From assembly GCA_026391735.1 (NCBI GenBank), contig JAPLDL010000016.1, positions 865 to 64,864 of the forward strand: a stretch of 64,000 bases of DNA, given 5' to 3'. Shown here piece by piece: positions 39,081 through 47,960 of this stretch; position 1 is the first letter of the stretch, and every line of letters begins with the position of its first letter. This stretch comes from Bacteroidota bacterium. GTDB lineage: Bacteria > Bacteroidota > Bacteroidia > Bacteroidales > FEN-979. A program made the translations under genes and the position numbers. Under the pieces are notes generated by a model. That model was given only the letters and a program-made list of their open reading frames with translations. It was not told the origin of the DNA and made no database searches.

Positions 39081-40247
39081 TCATTCAAAAATATCTTTCA
39101 TTTTTGAGAAAAAGCCTTTTTCTTTTTCTGTTGGGCTGGGATGGAAGTTGGATGATTTAGCCAGTTTTTCGAGTATGGACTTTTCTTCTTTGGAAAGGTT
39201 TTTTGGGGTCCACACATGAATAGTGACCAAAAGGTCGCCCCTGCCTTCATATGAGTTAACGCTGGGTATTCCCTTCCCTTTCAGGCGTATGACCCTTCCT
39301 CCCTGGGTCCCCGGCTCGATCTTGATCCTGATCGGTCCGTCAACACCCGGGATTTCAGCTTGTGAACCAAGGGCAGCTTCAGGGAGGGAGATATACTGGT
39401 TATATAGCAGGTTATTCCCGTCCCTGATGAGATCGGGGCTTTTCACTTCTTCGATCTGGATCAACAGGTCGCCTGCAATACCTCCCCGGGCAGCAGCATT
39501 TCCTTTTCCGCTCATCGAAAGTTGCATACCTTCTCCGACGCCTGCAGGGATTTTAATTGTTATGACTTCTTCACCTTTGATGATCCCGTTTCCTGTGCAA
39601 TCAGGACATTTATCGGTAATCACTTTGCCTTCACCCCCGCAATGCGGACAGGTTGATGTGGACTGCATCTGGCCAATAAATGTTGATGTGACCCTTGTGA
39701 CATGTCCTGAGCCTTTGCAGGTTGAGCAGGTTTGGTATGCATTACCGCTTTTTGCCCCGCTGCCATGACAGGTTGAACAGGCAACATATTTGTTGACTTT
39801 TATTTTCTTTTCAACCCCATGGGCAATCTCTTCAATATTTAGTTTGACTCTGACTCTGAGGTTTGACCCCCGGTTTACAGTACGTCCGCCCCTTCGACCT
39901 CCTCCTCCGAAAAAAGCCGAAAAAGGGTCTTCGAACCCACCACCGAAAATATCACCAAAATGGCGGAAAATGTCTTCCATATTCATACTTCCGCTATAGC
40001 CTCCAAAGCCTCCTCCATTGCCCAGTCCGGCATGCCCGAACTGGTCATACTTCTGTCGTTTGTCGGTATCGCTGAGGACTTCATAAGCTTCAGCAGCTTC
40101 CTTGAACTTCTCCTCCGATTCCTTGTCACCGGGGTTTTTATCGGGGTGAAAGCGGATCGCCTGTTTGCGATAGGCCTTTTTTAGTTCTTCAGGAGTAGCT
40201 GTCTTGCTTACTTCAAGTATTTCGTAAAAATCTCGTTTTGTCGTCAT
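39081..40247 (-). CDS. dnaJ: molecular chaperone DnaJ
   Basis: J-domain with HPD, a G/F-rich linker and four CxxCxGxG zinc-finger repeats. Confidence 0.96.
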   Translation of the reverse strand: MTTKRDFYEILEVSKTATPEELKKAYRKQAIRFHPDKNPGDKESEEKFKEAAEAYEVLSDTDKRQKYDQFGHAGLGNGGGFGGYSGSMNMEDIFRHFGDIFGGGFEDPFSAFFGGGGRRGGRTVNRGSNLRVRVKLNIEEIAHGVEKKIKVNKYVACSTCHGSGAKSGNAYQTCSTCKGSGHVTRVTSTFIGQMQSTSTCPHCGGEGKVITDKCPDCTGNGIIKGEEVITIKIPAGVGEGMQLSMSGKGNAAARGGIAGDLLIQIEEVKSPDLIRDGNNLLYNQYISLPEAALGSQAEIPGVDGPIRIKIEPGTQGGRVIRLKGKGIPSVNSYEGRGDLLVTIHVWTPKNLSKEEKSILEKLAKSSNFHPSPTEKEKGFFSKMKDIFE

Positions 40248-40819
40248 GCTCCTACCACCACCTTTGCATATCGTATCACTTTGCCGTTCAGCATGTATCC
40301 TTTTTCTACTTCATCCACTACCTTGTTTTTAAGTTCTTCGCTCGGTGCAGGTATGTTAGTGATTGCTTCATGGAAGTCGGTATCAAATTTCTCCCCAATG
40401 GTTTTCATCTGTTCCAGGCCTAAGCCGGTAAGGGTTGTTATAAATTTATTGAAAATCAGTATGATGCCTTCTTTCAACGCCTGGGCATTTTCAGTTGAAT
40501 CAAATGCTTTGATAGCACGTTCAAAATCATCCAGAACAGGAAGCAGTTTCACGACCACATCTTCTGAAGCGTGTTTGCGGATATCTCCGATCTCCTTGAG
40601 TGTGCGCCTACGGTAATTGTCAAAATCGGAGTAGAGCCTTAAATACTTGTCGTTGAGTTCATCCAGCTTTTCTGAAAGATCTCCGGGTTCTTCTGTTTTG
40701 GTTTTTTCCACCGGTACCGAAGTGTCGGTGGCAGTGGCCTTATTTCCAAGCATTTCAGCGTCTTTGCCTGCCGGGGAAGTTTCCTGGTTCTTTTCTTCTT
40801 TGTGTTCTTTTTTAGACAT
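40244..40819 (-). CDS. grpE: nucleotide exchange factor GrpE
   Basis: 191 aa with [14 protein letters not shown] and a C-terminal beta domain. It overlaps dnaJ by 4 nt. Confidence 0.92.
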   Translation of the reverse strand: MSKKEHKEEKNQETSPAGKDAEMLGNKATATDTSVPVEKTKTEEPGDLSEKLDELNDKYLRLYSDFDNYRRRTLKEIGDIRKHASEDVVVKLLPVLDDFERAIKAFDSTENAQALKEGIILIFNKFITTLTGLGLEQMKTIGEKFDTDFHEAITNIPAPSEELKNKVVDEVEKGYMLNGKVIRYAKVVVGA

Positions 40820-40893
40820 AGCATTAATATAATGAATGGGGATTCCCGGAACTGTATCAAAAAATCTGCCAAAGGAATTTCTGCGCCAAAATG

Positions 40894-42201
40894 TCAGGAA
40901 TTGATACGTTTGATCCTGGCGCCGAGGTTCTGAAGCCTGACATCAATATTCTGGTACCCCCTGTCGATCTGTTCAATATTGTCAATAATGCTCTTCCCCT
41001 GGGCCGACAGAGCAGCGATGAGCAAAGCGACACCTGCACGGATATCGGGGGATGACATCCGGATACCTTTTAATGGATATTTGTGGTCAAGGCCGATAAC
41101 TGTTGCCCTATGCGGGTCGCAAAGGATTATTTTCGCACCCATATCGATAAGTTTATCGACAAAAAACAACCTGCTTTCAAACATTTTCTGATGAACGAGT
41201 ACGCTGCCCCTTGCCTGGGTTGCGACAACCAATACGATGCTGATCAGATCGGGGGTGAAACCGGGCCAGGGCGCATCGGCGATGGTCATTATTGATCCGT
41301 CCATGAAAGACTCAACCTCATAATATTCCTGCCCGGGAATGAATATATCATCTCCCCTGAATTCCATTTTGATCCCCAGGCGGCTGAATACATCAGGTAT
41401 TAAACCGAGATGCTGAAGTCCTGCGTTTTTTATAGTGATCTCTGATCCAGTCATGGCGGCCAATCCAATGAAGCTGCCCACTTCTATCATATCCGACAAC
41501 AAGGTATGTTCGCAGCCACCCAGGCTTTCCACGCCTTCGATGGTGAGAAGATTTGAACCTATCCCGGTGATCTTTGCACCCATCCTCACCAGCATCAGGC
41601 AAAGCTGGTATATATAGGGTTCGCAAGCGGCATTGAAAATGGTTGTTTTACCACGGGCGAGAACAGCTGCCATGACAATATTTGCAGTGCCTGTAACCGA
41701 GGCTTCATCCAGGAGCATATAGCTGCCTTTCAGGTCGGGCGCCTCAACACTGTATAATCCTTCATCGGGGTTATAAGAAAACTTTGCTCCTAATTTGCCC
41801 AAGCCTGAAAAATGGGTATCCAGGCGCCTTCGGCCTATTTTATCTCCCCCGGGAATGAATACAAATCCTTTCCCGAAACGGGCGAGCATAGGTCCAAGTA
41901 TCATAATTGAACCGCGAAGGCTTCCCACTTTCTCACGGAATTCTTTGGTTCTCAGAAACTCAAAATTAATATGCCCTGCCTCGAAAGTAACCGATGAGCC
42001 TGACCTTGAAATAGTAACTCCAAGTGAATCAAGAAGTTCAATAAGTTTATTCACGTCCCGGATATCCGGGATATTATGGATACATACTTTTTCACTGGTA
42101 AGAAGGCAGGCACAGATCACCTGAAGGGCTTCATTTTTCGCTCCCTGGGGAATGATATCCCCCTGAAGCCGCCTGCTTCCGGTTATCTCGAAAGAACTCA
42201 T
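40894..42201 (-). CDS. murA: UDP-N-acetylglucosamine 1-carboxyvinyltransferase
   Basis: 435 aa with FEITGSRRLQGDIIPQGAKNEAL and the typical EPSP-fold repeats. Confidence 0.95.
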   Translation of the reverse strand: MSSFEITGSRRLQGDIIPQGAKNEALQVICACLLTSEKVCIHNIPDIRDVNKLIELLDSLGVTISRSGSSVTFEAGHINFEFLRTKEFREKVGSLRGSIMILGPMLARFGKGFVFIPGGDKIGRRRLDTHFSGLGKLGAKFSYNPDEGLYSVEAPDLKGSYMLLDEASVTGTANIVMAAVLARGKTTIFNAACEPYIYQLCLMLVRMGAKITGIGSNLLTIEGVESLGGCEHTLLSDMIEVGSFIGLAAMTGSEITIKNAGLQHLGLIPDVFSRLGIKMEFRGDDIFIPGQEYYEVESFMDGSIMTIADAPWPGFTPDLISIVLVVATQARGSVLVHQKMFESRLFFVDKLIDMGAKIILCDPHRATVIGLDHKYPLKGIRMSSPDIRAGVALLIAALSAQGKSIIDNIEQIDRGYQNIDVRLQNLGARIKRINS

Positions 42202-42830
42202 TGCTGCGGCCGGTTCTTGCTCCTTGGATTAAATTTGCCGTTGGGACTCGGGCGGAATGGTTTTCTTTTTTTATTAAGGCCAAGGATATCATTGGTATGC
42301 TGGAATTTAAAATCCTGTTTCAATTTAGCCTTGCCTCTGGAAAGCTTATCAAGGTGCATCTCAATGAGGGTGTCGTCAACCGATTCCCTGTTCCAGTTGA
42401 GGTATGACTTTTTCATATGCTGTGCGATGGCATGTACCAGTGAATCCTTCTCCGGCCCATCTTCATAATCAACAGCCTTCTCAAGCATGAGAGCAATGTT
42501 TTTGCCGTAATGGCGGAATTCAATATTCTTGTCATGGTACTGTAGTCTTTCGGGCTTGAGGCTGGTTGAAAGGGGAGGAGGAGGAGGGTAGGGAGCATCC
42601 ACATCCAGTTTGAAATCAGAAATGATGTACATATGATCCCATAGCTTATGTTTGAAGTCGGAGGTCTCCTTTGCTGCCGGGTAAAGCTGACCCATAACGT
42701 TGATCACGAATTTTGCAGCTTTTGTCCTGCGTTCCCGGTCTTCCATAGTACAGAGATACTGTATCATCTTCTGTACATTTCTTCCATATTCGGGAATGAC
42801 CATCTGGTCACGGGCGGTATTATATTCCAT
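42198..42830 (-). CDS. DUF4290 domain-containing protein
   Basis: MEYNTARDQMVIPEYGRNVQKM is the usual DUF4290 N-terminus, and the family is conserved upstream of murA in Bacteroidetes. ATG at 42830 is preferred over the TTG at 42848, which falls inside the promoter box. Confidence 0.75.
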   Translation of the reverse strand: MEYNTARDQMVIPEYGRNVQKMIQYLCTMEDRERRTKAAKFVINVMGQLYPAAKETSDFKHKLWDHMYIISDFKLDVDAPYPPPPPLSTSLKPERLQYHDKNIEFRHYGKNIALMLEKAVDYEDGPEKDSLVHAIAQHMKKSYLNWNRESVDDTLIEMHLDKLSRGKAKLKQDFKFQHTNDILGLNKKRKPFRPSPNGKFNPRSKNRPQQ

Positions 42831-42845
42831 CTTGAAAAATTTATG

Positions 42846-42853
42846 CAAATATA
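42846..42853 (-). promoter_or_regulatory. -7 promoter box (TATATTTG on minus strand) for the DUF4290-murA unit
   Basis: The reverse complement of caaatata matches TAnnTTTG 16 nt upstream of the ATG at 42830. Confidence 0.45.
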
Positions 42854-42857
42854 CAAC

Positions 42858-45206
42858 TTATTCAGCTATTCTGAGCTTGGCGAATTTCAGAAGGAGCTGT
42901 TTCTGGCCTATACCGGGGAAAAGCACGGTAGCTTTCTTATTCGGGCCTATCCCTTCGAGATTAACTACTTTCCCTTTTCCGAAACGTTCATGTTCGACAT
43001 TCATCCCGGTCTTAATATCTTCGATCTCAGCCTGAGGAAGGGCTGATATTGCAGGATTAACGGGAGGGGCGACAGGCTTTTTGGGGACCGCTTTAGGGCC
43101 CTGTCCCGGTTCAGTTTGCAGAGGTTTCTGGCTGCCTGATTTCCTGGGAGGCAGGTTGAGTCCCTGGAGCATATTTGAAAAGTTATCCCCTGAATTAAAA
43201 CCTTCTTTTTTAGGCATTGATCTTTTTGGCAGATCGATCAGTTTTTCGGGGATCTCGCTGATAAACCTGCTGGGTTCGCACATGGTAAGGTTGCCCCAAC
43301 GGTAGCGGTTCTCAGCATAAGCCAGGGTGAGTTTAACCTCAGCCCTCGTTACCGCAACATAAAACAACCTCCGTTCCTCTTCAAGGTCGGTCCTGGAGTT
43401 CAGAGACTGAATGGATGGAAACAGGTTCTCTTCCAGTCCTGTAACAAACACATAAGGAAATTCAAGACCTTTGGCCTGGTGCACGGTCATCAGAACAACC
43501 CGGTCTTCATCGTCCTTGTTGCCAAGATCAGCATCGGTCAGCAGGGAGATATCCTGCATGAATTCATCGAGTGTGCGCACCACATTTTCTTCTATTTCAC
43601 CGGTTTCCATGTTGGTTCTGGGGGTTTCGGTGAATTCTTTGATGGCATTCAGGAGCTCTTCCATGTTCTCAAAACGGCTCACGCCTTCAGGGGTTTTATC
43701 TTCATGGAGTTCTTTGAGAAGACCTGAGGAAGCTGCAATATGTTTAGCCAGCTCGAAGGCGTTTTTTGTTTTCAGCAAGGCTCCGAAGCTTTTTATCATC
43801 GTGATAAACCCTGTGACTTTGGCCCAGGTATTATCGGGAAACTTCACCCCGGGAGATGGATCTTCTATAAGGTCGAACAAACTCTTTTTATGCTCATCAG
43901 CAAGAACGATCAACTTTTCAACCGTTGTTTTACCTATACCCCGGGCAGGAAAGTTGATGACGCGCAGCAATGCATCTTCGTCCCTTGGATTGATTGAGAG
44001 CCTGAAATAAGCCAGCATGTCCTTGATCTCTTTTCTCTGGTAGAAGGAAACTCCTCCGTATATCCGGCAGGGAATATTAAGCTTGCGTAGTGCTTCCTCC
44101 ATGACCCTCGACTGGGAATTTGTGCGGTACAGGATAGCAAATGATGCATTTGGCAACTGATGGTTCATCTTATTCTCGAAGATGGACTGGGCGACCAGGC
44201 TGCCTTCTTCATTATCGGTTGAGGCATGAAGCAGGGTGATCCTGGCCCCTTCGTCATTGTCGGTCCAGATCTCTTTGAATATCTGGTTTTTATTATTGGA
44301 GATGACCAGGTTGGCGGCTTCAACGATTGTCTTGGTGGAACGGTAATTCTGTTCAAGTTTAAAGACCTTATGGTCGGGATAGTCGCTCCTGAAGTTCAGG
44401 ATGTTTTGAATATTCGCTCCGCGGAAGGCGTAAATGCTTTGTGCATCATCGCCCACAACACAGAGGTTTTCATTGTTGGCGGCAAGTTTTTTAACAATGA
44501 GATATTGGGCATAGTTGGTATCCTGGTACTCATCTACAAGGATATACCTGAATTTTTGCTGGTATTTATACAATACGTCCGGAAAATCCCTTAAAAGGAC
44601 ATTCATGTTGAAGAGGAGGTCGTCGAAATCCATTGCAGATGAACGCATCAGGCGGTTCTGGTATTGCAGGTATATCCTACCGGTAAGAGGTTTTCCCGCT
44701 GCATTGTCATATTCCAGGATCTCCGGATTTGACTGGTATTCCTGTGAAGAAATCAGGCTGGTCTTGGCGGCGGATATCCTTTGCGTAATATAACCCGGCT
44801 GGTACGCTTTTTCGTCCAGGTTATTCTCCCTGATGAGGTTTCTTACAACCCTCTTCGAGTCATCCGAATCATAGATGGTATAGTTTGAAGGATACCCGAG
44901 ACGGTGACCTTCGATTCGGAGCACACGTGAGAACACAGAATGAAAGGTCCCCATCCATACGTTTTTTGCCTCGCTGCTGCCCACCAGGGTAAGGATTCGC
45001 TCGGTCATCTCACGGGCGGCCTTGTTGGTAAACGTAAGTGCCAGGATATGAAAAGGGTCAACGCCCAGCTCCAGAAGGTAGGCAACGCGAAAAGTCAGCA
45101 CCCTGGTCTTTCCCGATCCGGCGCCGGCAATGACCATGACCGGCCCTTCGGTTTCCACGACGGCCTTTCGTTGAGCTTCATTCAGTTTTTCAAGGATTTT
45201 CGACAT
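42858..45206 (-). CDS. ATP-dependent DNA helicase, UvrD/PcrA/Rep family
   Basis: 782 aa with helicase motifs I (AGAGSGKT), II (ILVDEYQDTN) and VI (VAVTRA), plus a C-terminal Tudor-like tail. Confidence 0.93.
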   Translation of the reverse strand: MSKILEKLNEAQRKAVVETEGPVMVIAGAGSGKTRVLTFRVAYLLELGVDPFHILALTFTNKAAREMTERILTLVGSSEAKNVWMGTFHSVFSRVLRIEGHRLGYPSNYTIYDSDDSKRVVRNLIRENNLDEKAYQPGYITQRISAAKTSLISSQEYQSNPEILEYDNAAGKPLTGRIYLQYQNRLMRSSAMDFDDLLFNMNVLLRDFPDVLYKYQQKFRYILVDEYQDTNYAQYLIVKKLAANNENLCVVGDDAQSIYAFRGANIQNILNFRSDYPDHKVFKLEQNYRSTKTIVEAANLVISNNKNQIFKEIWTDNDEGARITLLHASTDNEEGSLVAQSIFENKMNHQLPNASFAILYRTNSQSRVMEEALRKLNIPCRIYGGVSFYQRKEIKDMLAYFRLSINPRDEDALLRVINFPARGIGKTTVEKLIVLADEHKKSLFDLIEDPSPGVKFPDNTWAKVTGFITMIKSFGALLKTKNAFELAKHIAASSGLLKELHEDKTPEGVSRFENMEELLNAIKEFTETPRTNMETGEIEENVVRTLDEFMQDISLLTDADLGNKDDEDRVVLMTVHQAKGLEFPYVFVTGLEENLFPSIQSLNSRTDLEEERRLFYVAVTRAEVKLTLAYAENRYRWGNLTMCEPSRFISEIPEKLIDLPKRSMPKKEGFNSGDNFSNMLQGLNLPPRKSGSQKPLQTEPGQGPKAVPKKPVAPPVNPAISALPQAEIEDIKTGMNVEHERFGKGKVVNLEGIGPNKKATVLFPGIGQKQLLLKFAKLRIAE

Positions 45207-45221
45207 AATTTAAAATCCGGG

Positions 45222-45229
45222 CAAAGGTA
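45222..45229 (-). promoter_or_regulatory. -7 promoter box (TACCTTTG on minus strand) for the helicase gene
   Basis: The reverse complement of caaaggta lies 16 nt upstream of the start at 45206. Confidence 0.45.
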
Positions 45230-45278
45230 AAAGAATAGGACTTTGACCCGGGGTTTGTGAAAAACTATTTAATACAAT

Positions 45279-45398
45279 TCACTTACCAATTCCCTGTCGA
45301 CATTTACCCCTGTTTTATTCACACTTACCAATAGTAACCCTAACACAGTTACTTAGATACTGGTTACGCTTACCTGAATTTTGTTTACACTTACCAAT
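45279..45398 (+). promoter_or_regulatory. array of six ~21-bp-phased direct repeats (ACAYTTACC-type 9-mers): putative activator binding sites
   Basis: Copies start at 45279 TCACTTACC, 45300 ACATTTACC, 45321 ACACTTACC, 45345 ACAGTTACT, 45366 ACGCTTACC and 45387 ACACTTACC. Spacings are 21, 21, 24, 21 and 21 nt. Confidence 0.7.
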
Positions 45399-45427
45399 TC
45401 TTGCTTTACTTAAGGTTTTGACTGCCA

Positions 45428-45435
45428 TATTTTTG
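45428..45435 (+). promoter_or_regulatory. -7 promoter box (TATTTTTG) for the first island transcription unit
   Basis: TAnnTTTG match 36 nt upstream of the ATG at 45471 and exactly 40 nt downstream of the C of the proximal repeat (45388). Confidence 0.55.
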
Positions 45436-45470
45436 CAAACAGTGTAAAATGTTCTTAAACCATTTTTACT

Positions 45471-45851
45471 ATGAAATCAAACATATATAAGTTAGGGTGT
45501 ACATTATTAATAATATCATTTATAGTGTTCAGCTGCAGGAAAGATATCAATGAAGTTACTCCTGACCAGGGCTCCGGGAAAGTTAAATCGATGAGCGACA
45601 TAAAAGCTTCCTCCGACTTTAATTGGAAGACAACTCAGAATGTGGAACTGGAGCTCAGCGTACCTGCAAAATCTTCCCTGGTAATTAAATCTTCTTCCGG
45701 AGTGATTTTTCAAAAAGCATTACTTACACCCGGTGAATCTTATAAAACGGCAATTACAATCCCTAACTATATGCAGGATCTTACATTCGTTGTAAACGGT
45801 GTGTCAACAGTCCTGAAAATTGAGAATAACAGGGTTGTCTATTCTTTTTAA
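45471..45851 (+). CDS. small lipoprotein homologous to the N-terminal domain of the LruC-domain proteins
   Basis: Lipobox (IVFSC). The mature part aligns by eye with the N-terminal ~110 aa of the 51408 and 53799 products (C-x-KD, M.D...S.FNW..TQ.V.L, ending YSF/YTF/YVF). Confidence 0.65.
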   Translation: MKSNIYKLGCTLLIISFIVFSCRKDINEVTPDQGSGKVKSMSDIKASSDFNWKTTQNVELELSVPAKSSLVIKSSSGVIFQKALLTPGESYKTAITIPNYMQDLTFVVNGVSTVLKIENNRVVYSF

Positions 45852-45862
45852 ACAGCATAATA

Positions 45863-47899
45863 ATGAAAACAATAAATATTCCCCTGATAAACAAGTTTGC
45901 AGCTCTGCTTTTTGCGTCAATGTTGCTGCCGTTGTTAAGCATTGCAGATCAAAAATCAATCTGTGATATCTATAAAAGCAATGGAGGAGGATATTCCACC
46001 ACGATAACATCGGTTGTCTGCAATCAATCGGATCATTCCCATACCATTACCCTTCGTGTTGAGCATAATGGATGTGACGGGGCCAGTTGCCCTGCAATTA
46101 CCAGGTTTTGCGTTCAGGCTGCAGCCGGTACTTATTCGAATGTGGTCGTTAGTATACTGTATGGCGGAGTGACATTTACAGGGATTAACAATGGCCCGGT
46201 TTTGCCTGGCGACCCATGGAATGGATTCAGGATTGAAGGAATTACCGGCATTGGCAACGGTCATGCAGGAGTTTTTACAGTTTCCTACAAACTAACCGGC
46301 GCATTGCAGGACCAGCAGGTCTCGGCCAGGGCCGGAGCTCTTCTTCAGCTGGCATCATTTACAGCAGCTGATTTCCAGAGTGTCATGAACTGTTACAGCA
46401 CCGATTGCTCAGGTGGCGGACTAACTGGTCCTACAGCTAATAATGACAATGCGACCACCCCTCAGAACACCCCAATAACTTTAAATGTCCTGGCAAATGA
46501 TGTTGCAGGATCAGGCGCTCTCGTTCCCTCAACAGTTAGTTTTATCCCCGGAACAGCACCAAACCCGGGAACAGTTGGAACATTTACCGTAAATGGGGTA
46601 ACCGGAGCCGTTACATTTACCCCGGTAGCTGCTTATACAGGACTGGCTTCAATCCAGTATACAGTTTGCGATATGAACAGTTTATGCAGCACAGCAACTA
46701 TTACTATAAATATCACTGCTTCTCTTATTCCCCCGACAGCAATAAACGACAATGCAACAACAACCCTGAATACACCGGTAACCATTACTATTCTTACGAA
46801 TGATATTGCCGGTTCAGGAGCTTTAGTCCCTTCTTCAGTTACATTCGTCCCCGGCACTTCTCCACCGGTTTCCAAAGGAGTGTTTACCAAAAATAATCTT
46901 GGGATTGTAACCTTCACACCGGCAACCGGATACACAGGCCTTGCGACCATTCAATACACGGTGTGTGATGTAAACTCACTTTGCAGTTCTGCAACAATAA
47001 CAGTGACCATAAACGGTGGAGGAAATGACTCAGATGGCGACGGTTGTCCCGACGATGTGGACGATTATCCGAATGATCCTACCCGATGCTTTGATAACTA
47101 TTTCCCGGCTGCCGGTAATGGAACATTGGCTTATGAAGATCTCTGGCCTTCCAAGGGGGACTATGATTTCAATGATGTTATTCTTGATTACCGGTTTAAA
47201 ACCGTGACCAATTCTTCAAATAAAGTTGTTGAAATTTTTGCAACCTTTGTCCTGAAAGCCTCAGGCGCCGAGTTTCATAACGGCTTCGGGTTCCAGTTGC
47301 CAACCATTAACGTGGATCCCTCAACAATGACCGTGACAGGCTCTCATTTATCTCATTCTGTTGTCAATATTAACGCGAATGGCCTGGAAAGCGGACAAAC
47401 CAAACCAACCATTATTGTATTTGACGACTTTTTTGACCTGATGCCGAACCCTTCATGCGGCATTGGTGTGAATACATCCCCTGGATGTCCCTATGTGGCA
47501 CCGGTCACTATCTCGTTACATATTACTTTCAGCAGTCCGCTGTATCTGATGACTCAAACAAACGTTGAAAACTTCAACCCCTTCATCTTTGTCGGGCTTG
47601 ACAGGGGGCACGAGGTCCATTTGCCCGACTACCTTCCGACGAACCTTGCAAACCCTGCTTTTTTTGGCACTTATGATGACCAAACAAGCATTTCGGGAAA
47701 TAAATATTATAAAACCGTAAACAACCTTCCATGGGCTATTAACCTGATTGAAAGTTTTGCTTATCCGAAGGAAATGGTCGATATCATTAACTCGTATAAC
47801 CACTTCGTTGACTGGGTAACAAGCGGAGGCCTTTTATACCAGGACTGGTATATGGATAAACCAGGGTACCGCAATGCAACGAATATATATGTTCATTAG
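45863..47899 (+). CDS. LruC (DUF4842) domain-containing secreted protein with two cadherin/Ig-like ~100-aa repeats
   Basis: Type I signal peptide. Two repeats of NDNATT..NTP(I/V)T..(L/I)..ND(V/I)AGSGALVPS...FTP..GYTGLA(S/T)IQYTVCD.NSLCS.ATIT, then a Ca-binding-like DSDGDGCPDDVDDYPNDP motif. The LruC signature follows: LAYEDLWPSKGDYDFNDV ... FNPFIFV ... HEVHLPDY ... YYKTVNNLPWAINL. Confidence 0.85.
   Translation: MKTINIPLINKFAALLFASMLLPLLSIADQKSICDIYKSNGGGYSTTITSVVCNQSDHSHTITLRVEHNGCDGASCPAITRFCVQAAAGTYSNVVVSILYGGVTFTGINNGPVLPGDPWNGFRIEGITGIGNGHAGVFTVSYKLTGALQDQQVSARAGALLQLASFTAADFQSVMNCYSTDCSGGGLTGPTANNDNATTPQNTPITLNVLANDVAGSGALVPSTVSFIPGTAPNPGTVGTFTVNGVTGAVTFTPVAAYTGLASIQYTVCDMNSLCSTATITINITASLIPPTAINDNATTTLNTPVTITILTNDIAGSGALVPSSVTFVPGTSPPVSKGVFTKNNLGIVTFTPATGYTGLATIQYTVCDVNSLCSSATITVTINGGGNDSDGDGCPDDVDDYPNDPTRCFDNYFPAAGNGTLAYEDLWPSKGDYDFNDVILDYRFKTVTNSSNKVVEIFATFVLKASGAEFHNGFGFQLPTINVDPSTMTVTGSHLSHSVVNINANGLESGQTKPTIIVFDDFFDLMPNPSCGIGVNTSPGCPYVAPVTISLHITFSSPLYLMTQTNVENFNPFIFVGLDRGHEVHLPDYLPTNLANPAFFGTYDDQTSISGNKYYKTVNNLPWAINLIESFAYPKEMVDIINSYNHFVDWVTSGGLLYQDWYMDKPGYRNATNIYVH
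46430..47017 (+). repeat. two tandem ~100-aa Ig/cadherin-like coding repeats
   Basis: Repeat 1 starts at PTANNDNATT (46430) and repeat 2 at PPTAINDNATT (46730). The two are similar along their whole length. Confidence 0.8.
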
Positions 47900-47960
47900 A
47901 ATTTATCAGATATTTCATATACGATAAAAAATTAACAACCAATCAAAAACAACAGGCAAA

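Noticed and set aside
38840-39088. 82-aa minus-strand ORF between dnaJ and the ABC ATPase gene
   Set aside because: It is composed of translated heptamer repeats (…SDISHLTSHIP…), overlaps both neighbouring genes' ends, and has no coding signature.
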